A stretch of 64,000 nt of DNA from a virus. The notes under the pieces are model-generated. The model had not been told where the DNA came from and ran no database searches. It saw only the letters and a list, made by a program, of their open reading frames with translations. The translations under genes were made by a program, and so were the position numbers. The stretch covers positions 1 through 64,000 of the IMG/VR virus record IMGVR_UViG_3300033512_000075. One strand, 5' to 3'. Of the stretch, positions 56,291 through 64,000 are shown in pieces; position 1 is the stretch's first letter, and each line of letters begins with the position of its first letter.

Positions 56291-58765
56291 TTATCCACAC
56301 TTAGAAGTCCCACAATTCATACATTTAAGACAGCCCTCTTCATATACAAGATTAGCAGATTTGCAGTCTTTATTGTCGCAAGTGTGTCCTATAGCTACTT
56401 CACCATCTTTGATGTATTTCTTTAACATACGAATCACTCCATTCTTCCAATTAGTTAATACAAATTCTTCATCATTTTCAAATTTGAGTTGTTCTATGAT
56501 ATTAATTACATCTGTTAATGGAACTCCATGTCTTAGTGTGGTTGATATTAGTTTAGCTGTGTTCCAGCATTCTCTATCAAATACCCTATCAAGTCCTTTC
56601 ATGATTTGTGTATATCCTTCTTTATCTATAAATGTAAAGTCATATCTGCTTCCTTTAGCTGACTTTACTTTTATTATTTTACCTATATCTATATAAGAAG
56701 GTACTTGGAACTCATTTGCCTTACCTGTAAATATCTCATAAGGTTTACCGTCTTTAAGCCCTAAGAATCCAATCCATTGTTCTTTGTTATTAGTAAATCT
56801 AATTACAGAGGACATGAGTGTCTTTGGTCTTGTTATTAGTTTCTCTTGTTCTTCAGGTTTGTTATTTATAAGAACTCCATCTCTACTTCCTTCTCTATAT
56901 ATAGTAAGTCCTTTACAACCTGATTTATGTGCATATCTGTAGAGCTTATCTATTGTAGATGTAGTTGTTTCTTTTGGTAGATTTATGGTCTTACTTATAG
57001 AGTGTGTTGTGTATTTCTGACATATTGCCTGTATATCCACACTGTCAAATGGGTCTATTTCATTTGCAGTACTTCTGTAATAAGGTGATTTAGGAAATAT
57101 GTTTTCCATTATCTCTTTATCTGATAGATTAGCTATATCTGTGTCTGTATCTGAGTATGCATGCTTGAACCAAGTCAGAAAGCCTTTATGGAATACATTA
57201 TACTCTTCCCATGAGTCCCCATTCTTATCTACAAAGTAAGATTTTACTTTATCTGAATCCTTATTTACCTTCTTTCTTCTTTTATACATTATATTGAATA
57301 CAGGCTCTATACCAGATGTGGTCTGAGTTAGTATTGATATACTGCCATTAGGAGCTATAGTGGATAGGCTTATGTTCCTTCTTCCATGCTTCTTCCATTT
57401 CTCTTTATAGTCTGAAGTAAGTAATGAATTGATGTATGTACTATTTTTCTCTAATTCATAGTCGAATGCTTGAAAGCTTCCTCTTGATATTGCTAAATCT
57501 ATAGTAGCCTCCATTTCAGCTTTTGCTTTTACTTTCATTAGTTCTTCTATGAAATGATAGGCTTCTTTACCGTATCTTAATCCCATTCTTGCAAGAGTAT
57601 CCCCTAATCCTGTTATACCTAATCCTATTCTTCTTCCTCTTACCGCATTATTTCTTATTTTATTCCATAATTGATTTTCTACTCTCTTTACATCAAATAC
57701 TTCAGAGTCGTTTATTATCTTAAATAATATACTATCTATTCTCTCCATTTCAAGTTCAATCATGCTATCCATTAATTGAATACACTGCCTTACAATTATA
57801 TCAAGTTGAGTGAAGTCGAAATGAGGTAATCCTGTATAGGGATTAAATACGAAGTGTACAAGATTTATAGAACCGAGTCTACATGAATCATAAGCCGACA
57901 GCGGTATCTCCCCACAAGGATTAGTGCTTATAGTCTTAAACTCTGGATAGCAATCTGATATGCTGTTGTTTATTATGTTATCCCAGAAGAGTATGCCCGG
58001 TTCTGCACTCTTCCAATTGCTTTGTACTAACTTATTCCATATCTTTGATGTTGATACTACCTTTTTAATTGTATTATCTTTTATTGGAAATGATTGAATG
58101 TATGGCTTCTTTTCGTCAAGACATTGCATGAATTCATCATCTATCTTAACAGATATATTAGCACCTGTTACTTTAGTTAAGTCAGTCTTGGCTTCTATGA
58201 AGTCTATTATATCTGGATGTTTTATGTGCATAGATAGCATAAGTGCTCCTCTTCTGCCATCTTGAGCTACCTCTCTTGTTGAATTTGAGAATCTCTCCAT
58301 GAATGGTACAATGCCTGTTGAGGTAAGGGCACTATTAAGTACAGTACTTCCCTTAGGTCGTATGTGAGATAGGTCATGTCCTACACCACCTCTACGCTTC
58401 ATAAGTTGTACTTGTTCTTGGTCTGAAAGCATTATACCTCCATATGAATCAGCTTCATTACCTATTACAAAGCAGTTGGACAGACTTGTGATTTGATATT
58501 CATTTCCTATTCCATTCATAGCACTACCTCCCGGTATGAAATACTTGAACTTATGCAGTAAGTCAGATATATCTCTATAGCTAAGTGGGTTACTGAATTC
58601 AGATTCTACTCTATAGAGTTCTGTAGCTATACGTTCATGCATATCTTTTGGAGTTTTTTCTAATATATTTCCTTCTCTGTCTTTTAGAGCATATTTAGTC
58701 AGCCACACATTTGCGGCTAATTCATCTCCTTCAAAGTAATCTAATAGTTCTTTAGATATTTGCAT
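56291..58765 (-). CDS. nrdJ: Ribonucleotide reductase, class II (adenosylcobalamin-dependent) type
   Basis: 'TNPCGEIPL' active-site motif (class II form, unlike the class I SNLCxEI). N-terminal 'FEGDELAANVWLTKYALKD...EKTPKDMHERIA'. C-terminal Cys cluster 'CDNKDCKS...CLKCMNCGTSKCG'. No NrdB-like gene is adjacent. The ATG at 58765 is preferred to the TTG at 58774. Confidence 0.8.
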   Translation of the reverse strand: MQISKELLDYFEGDELAANVWLTKYALKDREGNILEKTPKDMHERIATELYRVESEFSNPLSYRDISDLLHKFKYFIPGGSAMNGIGNEYQITSLSNCFVIGNEADSYGGIMLSDQEQVQLMKRRGGVGHDLSHIRPKGSTVLNSALTSTGIVPFMERFSNSTREVAQDGRRGALMLSMHIKHPDIIDFIEAKTDLTKVTGANISVKIDDEFMQCLDEKKPYIQSFPIKDNTIKKVVSTSKIWNKLVQSNWKSAEPGILFWDNIINNSISDCYPEFKTISTNPCGEIPLSAYDSCRLGSINLVHFVFNPYTGLPHFDFTQLDIIVRQCIQLMDSMIELEMERIDSILFKIINDSEVFDVKRVENQLWNKIRNNAVRGRRIGLGITGLGDTLARMGLRYGKEAYHFIEELMKVKAKAEMEATIDLAISRGSFQAFDYELEKNSTYINSLLTSDYKEKWKKHGRRNISLSTIAPNGSISILTQTTSGIEPVFNIMYKRRKKVNKDSDKVKSYFVDKNGDSWEEYNVFHKGFLTWFKHAYSDTDTDIANLSDKEIMENIFPKSPYYRSTANEIDPFDSVDIQAICQKYTTHSISKTINLPKETTTSTIDKLYRYAHKSGCKGLTIYREGSRDGVLINNKPEEQEKLITRPKTLMSSVIRFTNNKEQWIGFLGLKDGKPYEIFTGKANEFQVPSYIDIGKIIKVKSAKGSRYDFTFIDKEGYTQIMKGLDRVFDRECWNTAKLISTTLRHGVPLTDVINIIEQLKFENDEEFVLTNWKNGVIRMLKKYIKDGEVAIGHTCDNKDCKSANLVYEEGCLKCMNCGTSKCG

Positions 58766-58807
58766 AATTAACAAATATGTTATATTCTGTTAATTCTGTT
58801 ATTTTTT

Positions 58808-58984
58808 TCATATCTTATTCATTAAGTTATTTAATTCCGTTATACAGTCAGATATTTTAGATATTATATCAAAGTCGCTTGGTATGTGTGTATAATCTAT
58901 TTCATTAATATCTACATAATTGTTTAATTCAGTAGTTATGCTTTTAATGCTACTTTTAATTTCTTTAAAACTTATTCCCTCCAC
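58808..58984 (-). CDS. Possible small ORF (58 aa, GTG start), absent from the ORF track
   Basis: GTG overlaps the upstream TAG (TAGTG). The open frame (V)EGISFKEIKSSIKSITTELNNYVDINEIDYTHIPSDFDIISKISDCITELNNLMNKI fills the otherwise empty 209-nt gap. Confidence 0.35.
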   Translation of the reverse strand: MEGISFKEIKSSIKSITTELNNYVDINEIDYTHIPSDFDIISKISDCITELNNLMNKI

Positions 58985-59820
58985 TATAATATATTTAAGA
59001 ATTTATATAATTCATAATTCCATTTAGCATCTGCTAAAGCATTATGTTCGTTGGTTTGTGTTGGATAACTGCGTTTGCTTTTAATATACTCAAGACGTTC
59101 TGATAGTGTTTTAGGTCTTCGCTCTCTTCTTATTATACTTAAATCTACTTCAATTGCTTTTTTATCCAATTCTTGTTTTAAGTCTATACAATACATAGGA
59201 AACCCTTTAGGTAAGTCTATCATAGTACCAAACAACTGACAAAATACTACCCAATCATAATCTGCATAATAAGCATAAAATTCTGAGAAATCTATTGACT
59301 CTATTACTTCAATATCTGTCAATTTACATCTTTCAGATTTTGGTCTGCAAAATTGTATAATTTCTTTAGCAACTTGTTTATTAGTTTTACCGTATCTATT
59401 AATATATTTTCTAAGATTATTAATATTAAATGTAGTACCTATAACACCTTTAACTATTCCGAATTGTAATGCTTTATTGTATTCTTTATAATCTTTATTT
59501 TCAAGTTCATTAAATATAGGTCTTAACACATTCTCTCTCACCCATTCATTTTTCCATGCTTGTTTAAGATTAAAATCTTTTGATATTGCATAATATTCTC
59601 TATTTTTAAATTCAGTATTGTAAAATTCAAACTTGTTTAATTTACATACTGTATTTTCATTAATTTCGGTATTAGTAATTCCATTAAACTCTTTAATTTC
59701 CTCACTAACAATCCCAACACTAATTAAATCAATAGTAGGTTTAGTTTCACCATACTTAAATCCAAGTATGGTTTTATCTTGTTTACCTTCAATAAATTCT
59801 GTATCTATAAAGTATTTCAT
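58984..59820 (-). CDS. DEDDh-family 3'-5' exonuclease (DnaQ/RNase T-like)
   Basis: ExoI 'YFIDTEFIEG', ExoII-like 'YYADYDWVVF', ExoIII 'HNALADAKW' (H-x4-D). Confidence 0.75.
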   Translation of the reverse strand: MKYFIDTEFIEGKQDKTILGFKYGETKPTIDLISVGIVSEEIKEFNGITNTEINENTVCKLNKFEFYNTEFKNREYYAISKDFNLKQAWKNEWVRENVLRPIFNELENKDYKEYNKALQFGIVKGVIGTTFNINNLRKYINRYGKTNKQVAKEIIQFCRPKSERCKLTDIEVIESIDFSEFYAYYADYDWVVFCQLFGTMIDLPKGFPMYCIDLKQELDKKAIEVDLSIIRRERRPKTLSERLEYIKSKRSYPTQTNEHNALADAKWNYELYKFLNIL

Positions 59821-60089
59821 TTTATTTCAAGCCCGCTCAAATACTCTCCTAATTGTACATATTCCATATACTCTCCAATTACTTCTTTAATTTCTTTTAT
59901 TCTTTCCGCGTAACTGTCTAACTGCGGAGTAGTTAACGAACCATTTGATATAGAAACTAGTAAGTTGTTAGTTAGGCTTTTATAACTGTTTATCTTTTGT
60001 TCATTTCTTTTATACTTTTTACTTAGTTGTATATATCTTTTCACCTGTTCTACTACAGTACTTAATTGTAGTGGTGTATTATATTCCAT
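59817..60089 (-). CDS. Hypothetical protein (90 aa)
   Basis: ATG start. The stop overlaps the next start (ATGA). Helical-looking. Confidence 0.65.
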   Translation of the reverse strand: MEYNTPLQLSTVVEQVKRYIQLSKKYKRNEQKINSYKSLTNNLLVSISNGSLTTPQLDSYAERIKEIKEVIGEYMEYVQLGEYLSGLEIK

Positions 60090-60885
60090 ATATTAATTTT
60101 TTTATATTATCTACTGTTTGCGCTGTTATATTCATAGTGCCTGTCTTATCTCCTCTTAATGCAAATAGATTATCCCATGCATCAGGATTCTGCTTCCATG
60201 CACACATAGCAAAATGCACCATTCTTCTATCACCTAATTCCATTGTAAGGTCTTCGGCAGGTATTCCATGAAATGAACCATTAGCAATTATATCATCTAA
60301 TCTATATTCATCTCTCACCTTGAATTTAGTTTTTGCTTCTTCAGTCCATTTGCTTGGATACCAGAACTCTACGTTGGTTAAGTATCTTCTATTTCTACTA
60401 CTCTCAACTAAGAAACTGAATGCTCTGTGGGTACGTAAGTGTGATATTACTTTGATTGGAACTCTACCTGCTATTACTTTAAAGTCTTCAACTTCTTCTG
60501 CTGTATTGTATTTATCATATTCTCCATAATTAGTCAATTTATTTCTAAGATTAGTCAGTATATAGTCAAAGTGAAGATGTCCATACTTGTAGTAGTTATT
60601 AATTGTCTCTTCAGTTTCTAATCCTCCATTTAAGTAACTTTTTGATGTACATGGAATAAACTCAAATGGAGTGCTTGGTTTATTATTGCTTTCAATAAGT
60701 AACCTGCTGTATAGATGTTTTCTTTTTTCCATGTCTGCTGTAAATGCTAGTTTTCCTTTAGTTACACTTGCTATATCTGTAACAGCCTGTATTCTATCCG
60801 TTTCACTTCTGTTAAAAGTAGAGCTATTAATCAGCCCTACCCAACAGTTATCTTCAAAGTCTATTCTATTTATTATATCTAACAT
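60079..60885 (-). CDS. thyX: ThyX-family (FAD-dependent thymidylate synthase-like) protein, divergent
   Basis: 'HLRTHRAFSFLVESSRNRRY' compares with the ThyX signature RHRxxSxxxxSxRY. Also 'STPFEF' (ThyX has GH.sP.EH) and 'NLFALRGDK'. Confidence 0.6.
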   Translation of the reverse strand: MLDIINRIDFEDNCWVGLINSSTFNRSETDRIQAVTDIASVTKGKLAFTADMEKRKHLYSRLLIESNNKPSTPFEFIPCTSKSYLNGGLETEETINNYYKYGHLHFDYILTNLRNKLTNYGEYDKYNTAEEVEDFKVIAGRVPIKVISHLRTHRAFSFLVESSRNRRYLTNVEFWYPSKWTEEAKTKFKVRDEYRLDDIIANGSFHGIPAEDLTMELGDRRMVHFAMCAWKQNPDAWDNLFALRGDKTGTMNITAQTVDNIKKLIYGI

Positions 60886-62525
60886 TGATTACATTCTTGT
60901 TTTAATTTATTTAATTTAATACCATATATGAGGTCAAATGCGTTCTGTTTTTCGCTGTAGTATCTATAATCCCGATTCTTTTTAGTTTCTTTATCTATTT
61001 TAAATTCCCACAATGATAAGTTTGAGTAATGTACAGCATATACAGTACCCCCTATATTAAGTTCTTTTCCTTCTATAGTTACTAACTTGTATCTATTATC
61101 TTCAAATTCATTCAAACCTTTAAAGAATTTAGATTTATTATCAAGATATACTTGGTCGTATATTACAGGTATATGTATATGATACCAATCACCATTTGTA
61201 AATGGGCTTGCCGTAAGGTTAGTTAGCTGTTCTCTTTCTTTATCTATCTTTAATTTGTTAGGCAGTCTTATTAGTTTTGTCTTTTCATTATCTATATCTA
61301 AATCACAGCCGGTGTTATTAAAGTCTATTGTTGTTTGTTTTACTTGTTTTAACTCCTCTACTTTTTTACTTTTATTAGGCTTCTTTTCATTCATATTCCT
61401 TAATTTTGTATAGTAGCTTAGTGCATTTGATATACTTGAGAAATACTTAGTCTCTTCCCATACTTTATTTCCGTTCCATGTATTGCACTCTACTCCAGTT
61501 TTAGTCACTTTCCAGCACCTGTCTCCAGCATGTATAGGTGCCCCTCTAAGTCTGTAATGGTTATAATCCTTACAAGTTTCTAAATACTTACAACTGTGTT
61601 CTATATTTACTGGCTGTTTGAAGCAATTATGACATTCTTTTACTGGGAAGCTACCATCTTTAAAATCTTCTGTATAGAATAAAGGAGTTCGTTTATATAA
61701 CTCCCAGTTATTCTGACTCGTTATATTAAGACTATCTTTTCCTCCATCTTTATTTTCTAATATATAAAGAGTATCAGTTGTATCAGTTACTTTAAAGTAT
61801 TTAGGTAACTGCATTCTATTTGTTATACAGTCTCCTATTTTAAATCTAGGTTTTAACTCATTTAAGTAGTCTTTTGCTGCTTCGTATGTACTAAATACAT
61901 CAAATGTGGTACATATTCCATTAGAAATTGCTTTGTTTTTAAGTATATTATTTTCTACTGTTATGTAGTAATAACTCATTCCTACATATAAATTTTTACC
62001 GTCTTTTGTTACAGTTAAAGGACCTATTCCTTGTGATTTCATATAACTATCTATAGATATATATAACCATTCTGTTAAAGCTTTGTATATTAAGCTGTCT
62101 ATATACCCGACTTCATTTAATTTAATTGATGTTGCTTTATTATATACTATTTCATTATTAAATAAATCGTACTTTAAATAATCATTAATAAATTCAAAAT
62201 CCTCTTCAGTAGGACAAAGTACTGCTACTCTACTTGTTACAAATTTTAAATGGTGCTCTTTATATTTATTATTATTTGTATGACAACATAGTATTGACTC
62301 ATCATTAAAATAAAAGCCATCTACTTTTCCTCTGTGTTCTTTAGTTAAGTTATCAAAAATATTATCGCCTATACTAAATCCAAGTTTATTGGCTTCTTGT
62401 TCTGCTATTTCTTTTTTATCTTTAGTTATTATGTTAATAGCACCTAAAGAATTTAAATTAACATATCCGATTTCCTTACCTTTAGGAATTAAATCCTTTA
62501 TTTTAGTTTCTTCTGTTATTTTCAT
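60879..62525 (-). CDS. Hypothetical protein (548 aa) with repeated small modules and a Cys/His cluster
   Basis: Recurrent module endings 'FSTYEAAKDYLNEL', 'YFSSISNALSYYTKL' and 'YYSEKQNAFDLIYGI'. Also 'ECHNCFKQPVNIEHSCKYLETCKDYNH'. Confidence 0.65.
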   Translation of the reverse strand: MKITEETKIKDLIPKGKEIGYVNLNSLGAINIITKDKKEIAEQEANKLGFSIGDNIFDNLTKEHRGKVDGFYFNDESILCCHTNNNKYKEHHLKFVTSRVAVLCPTEEDFEFINDYLKYDLFNNEIVYNKATSIKLNEVGYIDSLIYKALTEWLYISIDSYMKSQGIGPLTVTKDGKNLYVGMSYYYITVENNILKNKAISNGICTTFDVFSTYEAAKDYLNELKPRFKIGDCITNRMQLPKYFKVTDTTDTLYILENKDGGKDSLNITSQNNWELYKRTPLFYTEDFKDGSFPVKECHNCFKQPVNIEHSCKYLETCKDYNHYRLRGAPIHAGDRCWKVTKTGVECNTWNGNKVWEETKYFSSISNALSYYTKLRNMNEKKPNKSKKVEELKQVKQTTIDFNNTGCDLDIDNEKTKLIRLPNKLKIDKEREQLTNLTASPFTNGDWYHIHIPVIYDQVYLDNKSKFFKGLNEFEDNRYKLVTIEGKELNIGGTVYAVHYSNLSLWEFKIDKETKKNRDYRYYSEKQNAFDLIYGIKLNKLKQECNQC

Positions 62526-63151
62526 TTTTCATTTATTATTAAGTTAGACATAGGTAATTCTTTAATCCAATCACAGAAATACTTCCACTCTTCTAATTTA
62601 TGTGCCTTTCTCTGATTGTATATTGTTTTAAGTTGTAAGTAATTAGTTGTTATACCCATCCACATCTCAAATCCCATTGGTAAATTACTTATAATATATT
62701 GAAATAACTCTTGTTTACTATTAATTTCAATTATTGACTTTCCTGTATTATAGAAATTTGGATATTCTGTATTTGCATTGTTGTATCTACTTATAAAAAA
62801 TTTAATCAAACTTAGCTGTTCAGGTAATACATATTTGTTGCAACTATTTTCTATATCTTTTATTTTAATTAAACTGTGCATTTTACTTTGACTTGATATT
62901 ATATCAACCCAATGGTATCTTTGTAACTGTGGTGTAAAGTATTGCGGGTATTTTAAATCAAATTGCACTATAATTCCTTTTAAGAACGTATCATGTCCGC
63001 TTCCTTGTTTTGAGTTTCCCAATTTTATAGCCCTGTTTAACTCATTTGTAAATGGAACATCTATGAACTCTATTTCATTTACTGTATGCGGATAGCTACT
63101 TCTTTTTATGGATTCTTCTAATCCATAAACTTTTGTATTTTTAATTTCCAT
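62522..63151 (-). CDS. ThyX-fold paralogue with degenerate catalytic motifs (209 aa)
   Basis: 'GSGHDTFLKGIIVQFDLKYPQYFTPQLQRYHWVDIISSQSKMH' aligns by eye with the ThyX core 'GHETPFEHIVFTF...RHRIASYNELSGRY'. 'LPMGFEMWMGITTNYLQLKTIYNQRKAHKLEEW' aligns with the ThyX C-terminal 'LP...N.R.L..F..LR...AQ.EI'. Confidence 0.5.
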   Translation of the reverse strand: MEIKNTKVYGLEESIKRSSYPHTVNEIEFIDVPFTNELNRAIKLGNSKQGSGHDTFLKGIIVQFDLKYPQYFTPQLQRYHWVDIISSQSKMHSLIKIKDIENSCNKYVLPEQLSLIKFFISRYNNANTEYPNFYNTGKSIIEINSKQELFQYIISNLPMGFEMWMGITTNYLQLKTIYNQRKAHKLEEWKYFCDWIKELPMSNLIINEK

Positions 63152-63791
63152 TATTAAGATTTTTAATCAATTCAAAGCATTTAAGTATTCCTATGTGTCT
63201 TGCTTGTTGTTTAGTGTTGCCTTTAATTAATTCTTCATATTCTAATTCAACATTTTCTAATTTATTATTTAAAGAACTCTTATAATCTTGTAAATTTATT
63301 AAATTGTACGTGTATTTAGGATAATCTGATTTACTTCCACAAGTTTCTATAAGTAAATATAAGTGATTTTTCTCAAACCAATTCAATAACATCCCTGTGA
63401 ATCCTTCTAATACAAATTCATTTTTAATATTAAATTCTTGTGTATTTAATGGAAGTTTAGTATATCTAATATCTATTAATTCAGGTATTAAAGTATTATA
63501 CCAAAATTCTAACCACTCTCTTTCTTGCTCTTTTATAGAGGCATAGGGTCTACTACTTACAGTTAAATAATCACAATTAAATAACCATTCTATTAGTTGT
63601 TGATATGAAGGACAAGCAATCAAGTCATCTGTTATATCTCTATAATTTATGAAGTCATTATCTCTTTGCTTTAATTGCCCTTCATCATAATAGCCTTGTG
63701 TTCCTTCCTTAAATCCCCTCTCTTTAGCAAGTAATGCTATTTCCTTACTTACATATTCAGTTCCTGTATATATCTTTCTATTTAAGTCCAT
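63141..63791 (-). CDS. Hypothetical protein (216 aa)
   Basis: ATG start overlapping the upstream ORF stop. No motif recognised. Confidence 0.65.
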   Translation of the reverse strand: MDLNRKIYTGTEYVSKEIALLAKERGFKEGTQGYYDEGQLKQRDNDFINYRDITDDLIACPSYQQLIEWLFNCDYLTVSSRPYASIKEQEREWLEFWYNTLIPELIDIRYTKLPLNTQEFNIKNEFVLEGFTGMLLNWFEKNHLYLLIETCGSKSDYPKYTYNLINLQDYKSSLNNKLENVELEYEELIKGNTKQQARHIGILKCFELIKNLNNGN

Positions 63792-64000
63792 AGGAATTGT
63801 CTTAATTTAATTAGTTCTGTTAGTTTTTCTTTTATTGTGATATCAGGATAGTCAGTCCAGTTGTCTTTGTTTTCATACCACTTATACAACTTCTTTAATC
63901 TCAATTCTACTTTTCTTTGTCTTCTTGCTAAATCATATGTATATTTATCACCTATACAGTATTCAACTCTTCTATCTAATAGTATCGTATGTCCTGCTGT
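63782..64000 (-). CDS. Hypothetical protein, 5'-truncated by the window edge (C-terminal 72 aa)
   Basis: The minus-strand frame is open from nt 64000 to the TAA at 63782-63784 (TAGHTILLDRRVEYCIGDKY...LIKLRQFLWT). It overlaps the next ATG. Not in the ORF track. Confidence 0.5.
   Translation of the reverse strand, partial: TAGHTILLDRRVEYCIGDKYTYDLARRQRKVELRLKKLYKWYENKDNWTDYPDITIKEKLTELIKLRQFLWT

Noticed and set aside
42-58774. Non-ATG starts proposed by the ORF track (TTG at 42, 10165, 13661 and 58774; an in-frame non-ATG start at 16458)
   Set aside because: The frame at 42 is open to the window edge, so TerL is truncated. At the other four sites an in-frame ATG a few codons downstream coincides with a stop-start overlap or avoids a terminator T-run, giving a better gene model.
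54964-60919. Plus-strand ORFs of 60-111 aa in the minus-strand block (54964-55167, 56243-56425, 56361-56696, 59633-59890, 60071-60271, 60320-60529, 60671-60919)
   Set aside because: Each lies antisense within a longer, motif-supported or translationally coupled minus-strand gene. Their translations are hydrophobic and low-complexity.
1-64000. Stop-codon reassignment (TAG or TGA recoding), as seen in some crAss-like lineages
   Set aside because: Every large gene is open under the standard code, and TAA, TAG and TGA are all used as terminators at sensible gene ends (for example TAG at 7618, TGA at 4253, TAA at 13668).
1-64000. tRNA genes, CRISPR arrays, integrase/prophage junctions, and a diversity-generating retroelement targeting the fibres
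   Set aside because: The few non-coding stretches (10111-10173, 28164-28344, 54141-54592, 56201-56290) show no cloverleaf or T-loop (GGTTCGAAT-like) signature and no spaced direct-repeat array. No tyrosine- or serine-recombinase or reverse-transcriptase motifs were seen, and I noticed no ~100-bp near-identical template/variable repeat pair.

Overview
This window is a visibly AT-rich, very gene-dense piece of a large tailed-phage genome. Its layout matches a crAss-like (Crassvirales-type) podophage, so the host is presumably a member of Bacteroidota. The standard genetic code fits throughout, since all long ORFs are uninterrupted.

nt 1-54140 is one plus-strand late/structural block, with many ATGA/TAATG stop-start overlaps. 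In order it encodes TerL (5' end cut by the window edge), a portal-sized gene, an acidic scaffold-like protein and a putative MCP. Head/connector genes, two collagen-motif tail fibres, a repeat-rich fibre-like protein and a 1,388-aa tail protein follow. The block ends with about 28 kb of putative ejected cargo proteins of 832, 798, 1,965, 3,451 and 2,369 aa.

nt 54141-54592 is a 450-bp non-coding zone where the two blocks converge. It holds two bidirectional intrinsic terminators inside a degenerate ~200-bp duplication.

nt 54593-64000 is a minus-strand block. It encodes five small accessory ORFs, a class II (B12-type) ribonucleotide reductase, a DEDDh exonuclease, two divergent ThyX-fold paralogues and several unknowns.

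The most interesting signals are:
1. The 3,451-aa ORF joins a crAss-type DxDxD RNA-polymerase region to HExxH zincin, DprA-like SLOG, NADAR and SF1B-helicase modules. The neighbouring 2,369-aa ORF opens with an ART-PolyVal-like ADP-ribosyltransferase motif set. Together they look like an injected effector or counter-defence arsenal.
2. A six-copy bipartite DNA element (TTCCAGAGAA ... CACCGAAAA) sits at gene, module and domain boundaries.
3. The two ThyX-fold genes include one with degenerate catalytic motifs.

I saw no tRNA, CRISPR array, integrase or reverse transcriptase. All domain calls are motif recognition by eye and need profile or structure searches.
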